Below are positions 1 to 11,156 of a stretch of 64,000 nt of DNA, piece by piece. The DNA is from an uncultured Gemmatimonadales bacterium (GTDB lineage Bacteria; Gemmatimonadota; Gemmatimonadetes; Gemmatimonadales; GWC2-71-9), in assembly GCA_963695555.1 (NCBI GenBank), contig CAVOGR010000007.1, positions 767,080 to 831,079 on the forward strand, given 5' to 3'. Made by a program: the position numbers and the translations under genes. The stretch's first letter is position 1. The number at the start of each line of letters is the position of its first letter. The notes beneath the pieces are model-generated. The model saw only the letters and a program-made list of their open reading frames with translations, ran no database searches and was not told where the DNA came from.

Positions 1-1095
<1,095 letters not shown>

Positions 1096-1277
1096 CGGGG
1101 TCCGAGGCTCGAAAATGTGACGGCTGAGAGGCAGGCAAAACGAACCGTTAAATATACCCGCACCGAGGCCACCGGGGCAACCACCGGGCCGGTGAGTAAC
1201 TCCATATTGGTCAACGGGTTATACCGGCGGTTTCCGGCCTCGCACGGCCGACGGTTTCGCCCCGATCGCGGGGTGCC

Positions 1278-4200
1278 TCAGGGCCGTGGTCGGACGCGCC
1301 TGAAACCGGGAAGCAGGGCCGGCAAGACCACGAGGGCCGCCAGGGTGCCGGCAGCCACGCCGCCGGTCGTAGCCAGCGCAATCGACCCAAAGAGGCTGTC
1401 CGACTCGGTCCCGATGGCGAGCGGGAGCAGGCTGGCCAAGGTGGTCAGGGTGACCAACACGATCATGCCGGCACGATCGCGGCAGGCGGACACGACTTCC
1501 TGCTTGGTGAGCCCAGCCCTTCCGGTTTGCGCGAGCCGCCGACGGCGCTTTTCGAGCGCCGCGTCGATCAACAGGATCGCCTGGTTGACCGCGAGGCCCA
1601 CCACCAGAATCACCCCGACGGCGGCCTCACGCGTGAAGGCAGCCTTGGCAATCCAAAAGGCCGCCCCGACTCCACCCAACGCCAACGGCAGGCTCAGGAA
1701 CACTACGCCCGCCGCCCACACCGAATCGAACACCATCGCCACCACGAGAATCACCAGCGTCACGCCCACGCCGAAGACCAGCCACAGCCCCTTACCGCTC
1801 TCGTCTTCTTCCCACGCGAACACCTCGTCATCGACCTGGTAGCCGGCAGGCACGCCGATCGATGCCATGAACGCGTCGTGGGTTCTCCGGGCAAGCTTGC
1901 TTGGCCCCCGGAAATCGTAGCTCAAAATCCTGACGTACTGCTGATCTTCCCGGCTGATGTTGCTGAGGGTTTCGCGCTCACCCACGCGCGCCAGGTCGCC
2001 GATCCGCACCGGGGCGCTTACCGCATTGGGGACCACGGCGGAGCGCAGTTCGTCGAGCGTACGCTCGACAGCGCCCGCGGTCTTGAGTGTGACCGGCAAC
2101 TCTTCTCCGTCGATCTCGATTCGTTGACTGCCCGCAGGTCCGCGGACCTCGCGGGCTACCGCCGCGGCCAGTTCGGCGCCGGTGATGCCGTGCCGGGCCA
2201 GGGCGTCGCGGTCGGGCTCCAACGTCACCGTAAAGGCCTTCTCGCGGAACCAGAAGCTGCCCGCATTGACATCGACGTCCCGTACCCGGCGAATGCGCTC
2301 CAAGCGTGCCTTGAGATCATAGGCCAGGCGCTCGACGCCTGAGAACGAATAGCCGAGAATCTTGATTCGAAAGGACACGCTGCCGCCGCCACCGAATCCC
2401 GAGCTGAAGCCGGGTCCCTGACCACGAACCGCGACCCGTGCCCCACCGATGAAGACCGCCCGCTGGGTCAGCGCCTCTTCGAGTTGGCGCGGCAAGGCGG
2501 TGAGTCCCGCATCCTTCTCGAACAGGACCTGCATGCTGGCGCCCCCGCCAAACCCGCGTCGCGTTCCGCCACCGGCGGTGACGACCTGCTCGACGCCCGG
2601 CACTCCCACTACGAGGGTTTCGAATTCCCGCATCCCGCGATCGAGGCTCTCCGGATCCGATCCGCGGGGGAAGCTCAAGAAGACGGACAGCGTGGTCCGT
2701 TGTCCAAACCAATCGCCCCACGAGGTGCGCGGAACCTTGGTGATGAACCCCCAGGTCACGAGCCCGAGCGCTCCGACAGCTAAACCGAGCGTGACCCAGC
2801 GCCACCGAAGCAGTCGAATCACCACCCGCCGGTAGAACCGGCTCATCCGTGGCCAGTGCGCCTTCGACGCCCCGTGCCCGGCGCTCAAGGCGGGAATCAT
2901 GATCACGGCCGAAACAACCGAACATCCGAGGGCCAGGGCGAACGCGGCGGCAAAGGGCATGAAGGCAGCGCGGGCATTGCCTTGCAAATAGAGGAACGGG
3001 AAGAGCACCACGGCGGTGGTCATGGTCGCACCGAGGAGCGCCGGCAGAATCCGGACCCCGACTTCCGTCCGGCCCTCGGTCGTGTCCGGCGCCCGCCGGA
3101 GCCGCTCCACCACGACGAGGCCGTTCTGAACCAGAATCCCAACACCCATCCCCAGCCCGGCGAGGGTAAGGAGGTTGGCGGGGATACCCAGGAGATACAA
3201 ACCGAGCGCCGTACCGAAGATGGCCACCGCCGCGCTGCCGAGCACCAGCAGCACCGACTTGGCATTGCGCAGCGTGACGGCAAGTACCAACGCGACCAGC
3301 ACAAAGGCGATCGCACCGCGTCGGCCGAGATCGCGCAGTTGCTTGGCCAGGTCGACGCTTTCGTCCGTGGCGACGGAGAGGCGGAGCCCTTCGGGCAGGG
3401 CGGGTTCGAGCTCGTTCATCAGACGTCGAACCCCCGCCGCGGTCTTGATCGCGTCCGCCCCGGGCAACCGCGAAATGCGCATCGAGACGGCGGGGCGACC
3501 GTTGATTCGATAGAAGCTGCCTCTGGCATCTTCCTCCTGCCGAATCGACGTGATGTCGGACAATTGATAGACCAACCCGCCCGCTCCGCGCACGGGCAAT
3601 CGGCCGAGATCGTCGAGCGCTCCGGGCTGATCGCGGAGCACGACGCGTCGTTCCGTCGCGCCGGCCTGGTCCTCACCCAGCGAGCGGACCACCCGCGACT
3701 GCCCCAGTACCCGCAAGAGTTCCGCGGGGCTGATGTCGAGCTGCCGCAGCTGGACCGGGTTGTACGACACCGATACGCCCAAGTCGGCCCCGCCCGATGG
3801 CTCGCCGACGGCCACGCCGGGAATTGCGCTCACCCGGGGAAGGATGCGTTCGCGCGCAATGCGCTCGAGGGCGCCGGGAGTGTAGGGACCGGACAGGGTG
3901 TACTCGAGCAGCGGGACTTCGTCCAGTTCCTCGGGCACGAAGTTGGTGACCGAGGCTGGCGTCGTCCCCGGCGGGAACTCCGGACGCAGCAGCTCGAGGC
4001 GCTCGAGAATTCCCAACCGTGCCATCTGCACGTTTGCGTCGGGCTCGAGCTCGACCTCGAGCGACGCGAAGCCCTCGCGCGATTCGCTCGACGTCTTCTT
4101 GACGCCCCGGACTGCTTGGGTAGCCGCCTCGACGGGGGCGGTGAGATACATTTCGACCAGTTCGGCCGCCGAGCCGGGCCAACCGATGGTAATCTGCAGG

Positions 4201-4325
4201 CGCGGCAGCTCGACCGTCGTCTTGGTGGCAAGCGGTAGCCGCGTGAACGCTACCGCTCCCGCGAGAATAATGGCGACCGCAACGGCCCAGATCACCGCCG
4301 GCCGTCGGACAGCCCACCCGATCAC
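1278..4325 (-). CDS. RND efflux permease (AcrB/MdtC-like HAE family), 1015 aa
   Basis: Long ORF with N-terminal TM helix, large periplasmic loops and 12-TM RND architecture. Its start overlaps the stop of the upstream RND gene by 4 nt. Confidence 0.9.
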   Translation of the reverse strand: MIGWAVRRPAVIWAVAVAIILAGAVAFTRLPLATKTTVELPRLQITIGWPGSAAELVEMYLTAPVEAATQAVRGVKKTSSESREGFASLEVELEPDANVQMARLGILERLELLRPEFPPGTTPASVTNFVPEELDEVPLLEYTLSGPYTPGALERIARERILPRVSAIPGVAVGEPSGGADLGVSVSYNPVQLRQLDISPAELLRVLGQSRVVRSLGEDQAGATERRVVLRDQPGALDDLGRLPVRGAGGLVYQLSDITSIRQEEDARGSFYRINGRPAVSMRISRLPGADAIKTAAGVRRLMNELEPALPEGLRLSVATDESVDLAKQLRDLGRRGAIAFVLVALVLAVTLRNAKSVLLVLGSAAVAIFGTALGLYLLGIPANLLTLAGLGMGVGILVQNGLVVVERLRRAPDTTEGRTEVGVRILPALLGATMTTAVVLFPFLYLQGNARAAFMPFAAAFALALGCSVVSAVIMIPALSAGHGASKAHWPRMSRFYRRVVIRLLRWRWVTLGLAVGALGLVTWGFITKVPRTSWGDWFGQRTTLSVFLSFPRGSDPESLDRGMREFETLVVGVPGVEQVVTAGGGTRRGFGGGASMQVLFEKDAGLTALPRQLEEALTQRAVFIGGARVAVRGQGPGFSSGFGGGGSVSFRIKILGYSFSGVERLAYDLKARLERIRRVRDVDVNAGSFWFREKAFTVTLEPDRDALARHGITGAELAAAVAREVRGPAGSQRIEIDGEELPVTLKTAGAVERTLDELRSAVVPNAVSAPVRIGDLARVGERETLSNISREDQQYVRILSYDFRGPSKLARRTHDAFMASIGVPAGYQVDDEVFAWEEDESGKGLWLVFGVGVTLVILVVAMVFDSVWAAGVVFLSLPLALGGVGAAFWIAKAAFTREAAVGVILVVGLAVNQAILLIDAALEKRRRRLAQTGRAGLTKQEVVSACRDRAGMIVLVTLTTLASLLPLAIGTESDSLFGSIALATTGGVAAGTLAALVVLPALLPGFRRVRPRP

Positions 4326-7300
4326 TCCGCCCCTCCGACACCGGCCGGCACCGTCGCGGTTTCTTCACCGGACCGACGCCGACTCGCGGCACCGCCTTTC
4401 CACCGCTCCACGACGACGTACCCGGCGGGCATTAGAAAGAAGGTCACCACCAGCGCGCTCGCGGCACCGCCGATCACGCTCGCCGCCAGCGGCTGATAGA
4501 GCGCGCCACCGCTGCCGAACCCGAACACCAGCGGGAACACACCCGCGATGGTAGTCAACGAGGTCATGACCACCGGTCGGAGCCGCTGACGCCCACCCAA
4601 CGCAATGGCCTCTTCCAACGGGTGCCCCGCTTGGCGGAACCGCTCGATGGCCGCGAGCTTCACCACCGCATCGTTGTCTGCGATGCCGATCATGACGATC
4701 AAGCCGATGAGCGACACGGCATTGAGGCTTTGTCCGGTGAGCCACAGGGCGATGATGCCGCCGCCTGCGGCAAGCGGAACGGTGAGCATGACGACGAGCG
4801 GTGTCGTGAAGGACGCAAACTCACCGGCTAGCACCAGGAACACCAAGGCCACCGAGAGCACCGCCACCAAGCCGAATTCCGAAATGGTCCGGCGTTGTTC
4901 GATGTCGGCGCCGGTGAGTTCCCACGTGACACCGGGCGGTGCGCCGGCCGCCGTGAGGCGCTTGGCGACCTCCGCCGCGGCGCGAGCCGTGCCGCCGCGC
5001 TCGACCCCGGCTTCGACGATCGACACCGGCCGCTGGTTGACCCGCACCACCTCGATCGGAGCCCGCGTCTCCTTTACCGAAACGAGTTGCCCCACCGGAA
5101 TGCCGCCCACCTGTGTTGTGAGCGCCGTGGCCAGATCCTCGTTGGCCGCCCCAGCAAGCCGCACGCGAATCGGCGTCCGCCGGTCGGTTTCCCTGAGTTC
5201 CGTGGCCTCGACACCGCCGAGTCCACCTGCCAACGCATCCGCCACGGTCTCGACGTCGAGGCCGTGCTCCGCAATGCGATCCCGGCGGAATTCGATCTCG
5301 ACCACCGCTTGGGTTCCGCCGTAGGCATCGCGCACATCGACGAGAGTGGGAATGCTGTCGAGCACGGCCTCTGCCACGGCGGCCCACGCCTCCGCTTCAT
5401 CCGGTCTGGCGGCTCCGACTTCGACCCGCACGATGCGCCCTTCACGACCGATGAGGCTGCCGAATTCCGATTGCCCTGCAAGGTCGATGGCCAACGACCC
5501 GTGCGCCAGGTCGGGAACGCGAGCGCGCAGGCGATCCGCGAAGCGCGCGGCGTCGGTCCCGGCTCGGACGGGAGCGAGGAGTTGGGCCGTGCTCGACGAG
5601 CCCGGCAGAGCCCCGGACAACACCTCCTCGTCGGTGGCCTTTCCAATTCGGCTGTAGATCCCGGTCGACCCCGACTCCAGCGCGGCCGTTTCGATGCGCG
5701 CCACTTGGCGGGCGGTTTCTTCGATGGTGGTCCCATCGGGCAGGGTCAGCTCCACCACCAGGACCCCTTCGTCCACCTGAGGCAGGATTTCCCTGGGCAA
5801 CTGGAGGGCCAACACCACCATGAGGAGAAGGCCGGCCCCACTCAACGCGAAGACCCGCCCAGGATGAGCCAGGCTCCAGCGCAGGCCGCGTTCGTACCAG
5901 TCGCCAAACCGCCGACCGAAGGCGTCGAGCGCTTCGCGCCGAGCGCTGGGGCCGGCGGCTTCGGCCCGCGTCCGGGAGGGTGCCTGCCGTGTCCCGCGGC
6001 GGCGGCCGGCGAGGATGACAGGCAGCAATGTCAGGGCGAGCACCAAGGACGCGCCGAGCGCGGTCACGACGCTCAAGGATAAATCCCGGAACAAAGCCGC
6101 CGCGAGTCCGCGCACAAACACGATGGGACCAAAGACCAGCAGCGTCGTGAGGGTGCCGGCGATCAGTGGACCAGCCACTTCTTCGGTTGCGCGCACGGTG
6201 GCGTCGGCCGGCGACAGGCCCGTGTGCTCGAGTCGGCCGGTAGCCTCGGACACAACGATCGCGTTGTCGACCAGGAGACCGACGCCCAAGGCGAGGCCGC
6301 CGAGCGACAAAATATTGATCGACACGTTGAGCAGCTGGAGCAGGACCAACGCAACCAACACTGACAGCGGAACCACCAGGCCGATGGCGAGCGAGCTCCG
6401 AAGGTGACCCAGGAAGACCAGGATAACGATCAACGCGAGGGCGCCGCCGAGAAAGATCTCGCGGCCCAGGTTGGCCAGCGCAGCGGTGACGAACTCCGCT
6501 TGCGCCGCGACCACCGACATGGTGATGGCAGGAAATTCTTCCGAGAGCGTCTCGATCGTCCGGTAGATGCCCTTGGTCACGGTTACCGTGTTGGCGCCCG
6601 CGTCCTTATACACCACCAGCCCGACGGCCGGCGACCCGTCGAGCCGCGTCATGGTTTCCGGGTCGCCGCTCGCGAGCGTGATCGTGGCCAGATCGCGCAA
6701 TCGGGTGCTTCCGCCGGGCGGACCGACCGGCGTCTGGCCCACCTCGTCAACATCTTGCAGCTCCGTCAGCGCCCGGACCGAGAACCGGAACTGACCGCGG
6801 CGGATGGTCCCGCCCTGGGCCGTCGCGTTGGCATTCCGAACGGCGGTGGCAATATCGGAAGGCGAGAGGCCCAGTGCGCGCATCCGATTCGGATCAACAT
6901 CGATCCGGATCTCGTCCTTGGGCGCGCCGACCACGGCCACGCTGGCCACACCCTGCAGCTGCTCGAGTCGCCGGGCGTGGACTTCTTCGCTGGTGCGCGC
7001 GATGGCGCGGAGGGTACCCGGTCCCGTAAGTCCGATGACGGCGATGGGCCGCTCACCAGGGTCGCTGGTCAGGAGCGTGGGGCGCGTGGCCCGCTCCGGC
7101 AGCTGCGACCTGACATTGTCGAGGCGCTCGCGCACGTTGAGCACGGTCGTCGCCATGTCCGTGCCCCACGCGAACCGTGCCGTCGTCGTCAACTGCCCGT
7201 TCCGGCTCACCGAACGCAGCTCGACCAGCCCCGGCGTTGCCGCGATGGCCTCTTCGATCGGCTCGGCGACGAACCGCGAGACCTCGGTGGCCGCCGCGCT

Positions 7301-7456
7301 TTCGTAATCGGTTCGAATGGTGAGAAGCGGGAGGGTCACGTCCGGCAAGAGCGACACGGGAAGCCGGCTGAGCGAAACGCTCCCGACCAAGACGAGGGCC
7401 AGCACGGCCGCGACCGTCGTGACAGGCCGCCGGACCGCCGCGTGTGTCAGCGACAT
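4322..7456 (-). CDS. RND efflux permease (AcrB/MdtB-like), 1044 aa
   Basis: Paralogous RND transporter directly upstream of the other RND gene. The tandem pair resembles the MdtB/MdtC arrangement. Confidence 0.9.
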   Translation of the reverse strand: MSLTHAAVRRPVTTVAAVLALVLVGSVSLSRLPVSLLPDVTLPLLTIRTDYESAAATEVSRFVAEPIEEAIAATPGLVELRSVSRNGQLTTTARFAWGTDMATTVLNVRERLDNVRSQLPERATRPTLLTSDPGERPIAVIGLTGPGTLRAIARTSEEVHARRLEQLQGVASVAVVGAPKDEIRIDVDPNRMRALGLSPSDIATAVRNANATAQGGTIRRGQFRFSVRALTELQDVDEVGQTPVGPPGGSTRLRDLATITLASGDPETMTRLDGSPAVGLVVYKDAGANTVTVTKGIYRTIETLSEEFPAITMSVVAAQAEFVTAALANLGREIFLGGALALIVILVFLGHLRSSLAIGLVVPLSVLVALVLLQLLNVSINILSLGGLALGVGLLVDNAIVVSEATGRLEHTGLSPADATVRATEEVAGPLIAGTLTTLLVFGPIVFVRGLAAALFRDLSLSVVTALGASLVLALTLLPVILAGRRRGTRQAPSRTRAEAAGPSARREALDAFGRRFGDWYERGLRWSLAHPGRVFALSGAGLLLMVVLALQLPREILPQVDEGVLVVELTLPDGTTIEETARQVARIETAALESGSTGIYSRIGKATDEEVLSGALPGSSSTAQLLAPVRAGTDAARFADRLRARVPDLAHGSLAIDLAGQSEFGSLIGREGRIVRVEVGAARPDEAEAWAAVAEAVLDSIPTLVDVRDAYGGTQAVVEIEFRRDRIAEHGLDVETVADALAGGLGGVEATELRETDRRTPIRVRLAGAANEDLATALTTQVGGIPVGQLVSVKETRAPIEVVRVNQRPVSIVEAGVERGGTARAAAEVAKRLTAAGAPPGVTWELTGADIEQRRTISEFGLVAVLSVALVFLVLAGEFASFTTPLVVMLTVPLAAGGGIIALWLTGQSLNAVSLIGLIVMIGIADNDAVVKLAAIERFRQAGHPLEEAIALGGRQRLRPVVMTSLTTIAGVFPLVFGFGSGGALYQPLAASVIGGAASALVVTFFLMPAGYVVVERWKGGAASRRRSGEETATVPAGVGGAE

Positions 7457-7494
7457 GGCAAACCAGATCTACGGCCGGCCGGCACGGCTCCCGC

Positions 7495-8658
7495 TCATGG
7501 CGTGGTGGGCCGCTCGGCGACCGTCTCGAGCCGGACCGGCGCATCGTGGGTAAGGGTGAGATGACCCTCGATGAGCACGGTGTCGCCAACCGCAACCGGG
7601 ATCAGCCCCGACACCGAGTCGGGTTCCACCGCGGTGTCGACGCCGTTGGTACGGCCCGGGGTGATGTAGACCCACTGGGCGCGCCCGTCCTTCACCACGA
7701 AGACCAACGGGCGGCCGTCCCGCTCGATCACCGCACGGGCCGGCACCAGAATCCGGTCGGCCAGCCGGGTGGCCTCCAAACGCACGTCGGCGTACATGCC
7801 CGGCCGCAGGGTTCCGTCTCCCCGGATCTGGACCAGTGCACGGCCGGTGCGGGTGACGCTGTCGACGACCGGCAGGACGGTCGCGATGCGTCCGACGACC
7901 GGGCGATCCGGTGTGGCCGCGGTGGTGATCACGGCCTGGCCGCCCGGCTTGATCAGCGGAAGATCGTGCTCGAGCACCGACGCCTCGAGCCGGAGGTTCG
8001 TCATGTCCACCACGACGGCGACTTCCTGGCTTACACTGAGCCGCTCACCCACGCTGACCTGCACACGATCCACCACGCCGGCAAACGGGGCGCGGATGGT
8101 AGCCCGTTCACGGTCGAGCTTGGCTTGCTCGTATCGGGCCCGCGCGGCTTTGAGGCCGCTGCGGGTTTCCGCGTTCGCGCGCCGCTCGGGCGTCGGTGCC
8201 TGCCCCGATACGATCGAATCCGGCAGCAGGTTGTCGACGTAGCGGAGCTGCGCCTCGTCGAGTGCGGCCTCGGACTCTTCGAGGGCCAGGTCGAAGGGCC
8301 GCGGATCCAGCTGGACCAGGGCTTGCCCGGCCGCGACACGGCGGCCCGGCCGCACCAGCACTTGCTGGACCGTGCCGGTCGCTTCGGCGCGCAAGGTGGC
8401 TGAGGCCTCCGAGCGCACTTGCCCGGTGGTGGTCACCGACAGGAGCAGGTCGCCTTTCCGGACAGTCTGACCGACCACCGGCAGCGACAGGGTGCTCGAC
8501 GCTTCGGCGCCCTCATTGTCGTTGTCTCCCTCCGCCGCCTTGGCCTTGCATCCTGCCGCAAGCGCCGTCATCGCCATGATCAGCAGGAGGCCGGAGTAGC
8601 TCCTCAGGTTCGCCACGTGCATAGAGTTCTCCAGGCCAGGCGCGTCCACTTCTTTCAT
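7495..8658 (-). CDS. RND periplasmic adaptor / membrane fusion protein (HlyD family) lipoprotein
   Basis: Signal peptide with lipobox (LAAGC) followed by an adaptor-like beta/coiled-coil region. The ATG overlaps the TGA of the upstream outer-membrane-factor gene (ATGA), indicating translational coupling. Confidence 0.85.
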   Translation of the reverse strand: MKEVDAPGLENSMHVANLRSYSGLLLIMAMTALAAGCKAKAAEGDNDNEGAEASSTLSLPVVGQTVRKGDLLLSVTTTGQVRSEASATLRAEATGTVQQVLVRPGRRVAAGQALVQLDPRPFDLALEESEAALDEAQLRYVDNLLPDSIVSGQAPTPERRANAETRSGLKAARARYEQAKLDRERATIRAPFAGVVDRVQVSVGERLSVSQEVAVVVDMTNLRLEASVLEHDLPLIKPGGQAVITTAATPDRPVVGRIATVLPVVDSVTRTGRALVQIRGDGTLRPGMYADVRLEATRLADRILVPARAVIERDGRPLVFVVKDGRAQWVYITPGRTNGVDTAVEPDSVSGLIPVAVGDTVLIEGHLTLTHDAPVRLETVAERPTTP

Positions 8659-9962
8659 GAGAGCGGCCGTCCGATAATGGCTTCGATTTGCGCTTTGGCG
8701 CGCAGGAAGTCGACGCCCGCGCTTACCGCCGCTTCCTCAGCGCGTGTCAGCGATTCTTGTGACGTCAGCACTTCGACGTACGTGATCGAGCCCAAGCGGT
8801 AGCGTTCGAGCTGAACCCGAAGATCCGCCTGTGCCGCTTCGAGACTCAGCTTGGTCACGTCGATCCGGACCCGCGCCGTGGTCAGCGCTGCGAGCTGGGC
8901 CGTGAGGCTGGCCTCGACCTGGCGGCGATCGTCGGCCAGCGTGGCCGCCACGTTATCGAATAGTACCGAGCTTTGATCGAGCTGCCGCTCGCGATTGAAT
9001 CGATCGAACAGAGTCCAGCTGAGGCCCACGTTGATGTTCGAGGTTCGCTGAAGGTCGTAGTCGTCCAACTGGCTGCCGGAAAGCTGCGTATTGGCGCTCA
9101 AGCTCAAGGAAGGCCAATACCCCGACTTGGCGGCGGTGACTTGGGCCCGCGCCGACCGCATGTTCGCATCAGACGCCAGGATCCGGGGCGATCGCTCGAT
9201 GGCTTCCTGCAGCAACACATCAGGGTCCAGGTCCATGTCGGTGGTATACAGCGACGGGTCGTCCACCGCCGAGATGCGCCCCTGTTCGCCTATCAGACGT
9301 GCCAGATTGGCCTCTGCCGTAGCCAGTTGACGCTCGGCTTCGAGCAGCTGCACACGGGCCTCGCCGAGCGTCACCACCGCACGGAGCGAGTCCGACACCG
9401 TCGCGGCCCCGGTGCTGAGTTTGGCCACCGCGATCTTGAATTGCTCTTCGGCTCGCGTGATGCCTGCCTCCCGAGCCCGGACCAACTGCTGCCCCGCGAG
9501 CGCATTGAAGAACTCGAGGCTGGTGGCCAGCGCCACCTGCGCTTCTTGATCGGCGAGCGAGGCCTCGCTCGCCTCGCGATCCGCCTTGGCGGACCGAATG
9601 GTTGCCTCGCGGCGGAAACCATCGAATAGAATCAGGCTCGAATTGATGCCGAAGTTGACGCTCCTATTGGAGTTGAGGCCGGTGAGGAGCTCGCCCGTTT
9701 GGGGGTCGAGCCGCGATTGGGCCTGTGGGAAGAACGACTGGCCGGCGCCCGCGCTCCCGGACAACGACGGGAGGTAGGCGCTGTACGCCGACCGGACATC
9801 AGAGCCGGCTACCGCGAGCGCACCGCGAGCCTGAACCACGGCCGGCTGTACCCGCCGGGCCATGGCAATGGCCTCGGCCAAGGTCACGGCCCGCTGTTGG
9901 GCCCCAAGCGGCGCGACCAGGAGAAGCCAGCACAGCCCTGCCGCGAAATGGATTGGTTTCAC
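8655..9962 (-). CDS. Outer membrane efflux protein (TolC-like OMF)
   Basis: TolC-like coiled-coil/beta-barrel repeats. Likely GTG start near 9962 giving MKPIHFAAGLCWLLLVAPLGAQQ signal peptide with GGAGG 9 nt upstream. The track ORF extends to 10085 but its extra 41 aa lack a signal peptide. Confidence 0.8.
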   Translation of the reverse strand: MKPIHFAAGLCWLLLVAPLGAQQRAVTLAEAIAMARRVQPAVVQARGALAVAGSDVRSAYSAYLPSLSGSAGAGQSFFPQAQSRLDPQTGELLTGLNSNRSVNFGINSSLILFDGFRREATIRSAKADREASEASLADQEAQVALATSLEFFNALAGQQLVRAREAGITRAEEQFKIAVAKLSTGAATVSDSLRAVVTLGEARVQLLEAERQLATAEANLARLIGEQGRISAVDDPSLYTTDMDLDPDVLLQEAIERSPRILASDANMRSARAQVTAAKSGYWPSLSLSANTQLSGSQLDDYDLQRTSNINVGLSWTLFDRFNRERQLDQSSVLFDNVAATLADDRRQVEASLTAQLAALTTARVRIDVTKLSLEAAQADLRVQLERYRLGSITYVEVLTSQESLTRAEEAAVSAGVDFLRAKAQIEAIIGRPLS

Positions 9963-10171
9963 GACGCTCGTCACCTCCGGTCTCCATATCCCATTACCAC
10001 AACGATGCATTGGGACGCCGTGGCGTCGCTCCTGAGCGCAAACGACCTCACCTGTGGCCGATAGACGCCTGCGGCGGCCCAGCAATCGCGTTCAAGTTAC
10101 TGTGATATGAGTGAACCGGATACCGGTCCGAGCGGACGCCGGCAGGGAAACGACCGGGGGTTCAGCACCTG

Positions 10172-10957
10172 CTAAAGCAGCGGCGATTCGCTCGGCTCGA
10201 TCTCGAAGAAGGTCTGTTTCAGTCGATCCCAGGCCGCCGCATCAACGTGGGTGTGCAGCTCACTCACCAGCCTACCCCCGTCGGCCAGCACCGCGATCTC
10301 CTCCTCACCGAGCAAGGTACTGATCAGCCGGTCCACCTCACGCTGGAACCAGGCCTGCGCCCGATCCCCGCGTAACAGGCGCCGGCGCTCGCGACGGAGT
10401 CCCTTCCCCTCGAGCTTCACTACCCACCCCTCACCGTAGGGGTCCTCGTTCAACAACGTCGGCCGCCGGCCGAGGGACGCATTGTGACCCACCACCGTTC
10501 CCGACACCGGGGCACGCAGGTCGACGCTGCGTTCACCTTGACGCAACCGGAAGAGCGACTGACCACGGCTGACCTTGGTGCCCTTGGCGGGCAGAATTAC
10601 CGTGTCGACCGGGCCCAAGGTGGCCTGCACCAAATCGTCCGCGCCCACTACCGCCTCGCCATGTCTGACCCGGGTCCACGTATGGCCGGAAGCGATGGCG
10701 ACATTGGCGCCGAGTCGCAGTCCCTTATGGAACAGCATGGGTTCGAACTGCGCACCGAACCAGGTGCGGAAGGAGGGGCTCACGGCGTAGGACACAATTC
10801 CGCCTATTAACGCGACCCCGAAGACTGCGACCACCCCCGCCCGCACCATCAGCGCCGCAAGGCCCAACAGCGGCAATCCGACGACGAAGAGCGCCATCAC
10901 GACTATGACGGCTCCGATTGTGAGCGCCGTTCGATACCATCGGTTTTCGGTTCGCAT
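10172..10957 (-). CDS. Membrane-anchored glycine-cleavage H-protein-like (GcvH fold) protein lacking the lipoyl lysine
   Basis: Two N-terminal TM helices followed by a GcvH-like domain (SGHTWTRV ... NEDPYGEGWVVKLE). ATG near 10957 with GGAGG 8 nt upstream. The track start at 10984 is a TTG overlapping the predicted promoter. Confidence 0.7.
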   Translation of the reverse strand: MRTENRWYRTALTIGAVIVVMALFVVGLPLLGLAALMVRAGVVAVFGVALIGGIVSYAVSPSFRTWFGAQFEPMLFHKGLRLGANVAIASGHTWTRVRHGEAVVGADDLVQATLGPVDTVILPAKGTKVSRGQSLFRLRQGERSVDLRAPVSGTVVGHNASLGRRPTLLNEDPYGEGWVVKLEGKGLRRERRRLLRGDRAQAWFQREVDRLISTLLGEEEIAVLADGGRLVSELHTHVDAAAWDRLKQTFFEIEPSESPLL

Positions 10958-10999
10958 GGTGCAACCTCCGAGCCTGTGCTCCAATCCCCAGCTCTCTCA

Positions 11000-11016
11000 A
11001 TGCATGCCCCGCACCA
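11000..11016 (-). promoter_or_regulatory. Candidate sigma-54 (-24/-12) promoter for the membrane GcvH-like gene
   Basis: Minus-strand TGGTGCGGGGCATGCAT against consensus TGGCACG-N4-TTGCW. The GG and GC dinucleotides are at the correct 12-nt spacing, and the element sits about 45 nt upstream of the ATG. Confidence 0.45.
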
Positions 11017-11113
11017 CACCGGCCTGGCCTTGGGCGCGCGCTGGAAGTTCATAAATTGCAATAGTTTTCGCCGTTTCATCTGGAGCTGTGTAACCACCGG
11101 ACGTCATGAACCC

Positions 11114-11127
11114 TGACGAATTCGTCA
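11114..11127. promoter_or_regulatory. Perfect 14-bp palindrome TGACGAATTCGTCA, candidate enhancer-binding-protein upstream element (UAS/operator)
   Basis: AT-rich palindrome in a GC-rich genome about 100 bp upstream of the sigma-54 promoter candidate. It shares the 12-mer GAATTC(G/A)TCAAC with a second site at about 12084-12098. Confidence 0.45.
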
Positions 11128-11156
11128 ACATGACTGTTGAGAAGATCAACATGATG

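Noticed and set aside
1527-7564. Several long plus-strand ORFs (1527..2342, 2856..4238, 4895..6082, 6404..7564)
   Set aside because: All are antisense to the two RND permease genes, whose homology is unambiguous. Their composition is Arg/Gly/Pro-rich, typical of mirror frames.
8655-10085. Full 476-aa version of the outer-membrane-factor ORF starting at 10085
   Set aside because: The first 41 residues (MLGRRRRLSATGEV...) are not a signal peptide. A GTG at about 9962 with GGAGG upstream yields a canonical signal sequence, so the shorter model is preferred.
11055-11080. Plus-strand CTGGAAG-N8-TTGCA sigma-54-like motif
   Set aside because: GG-to-GC spacing is 3 nt too long and it is on the strand opposite to the downstream gene. 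The minus-strand TGGTGCG-N4-ATGCA element fits better.
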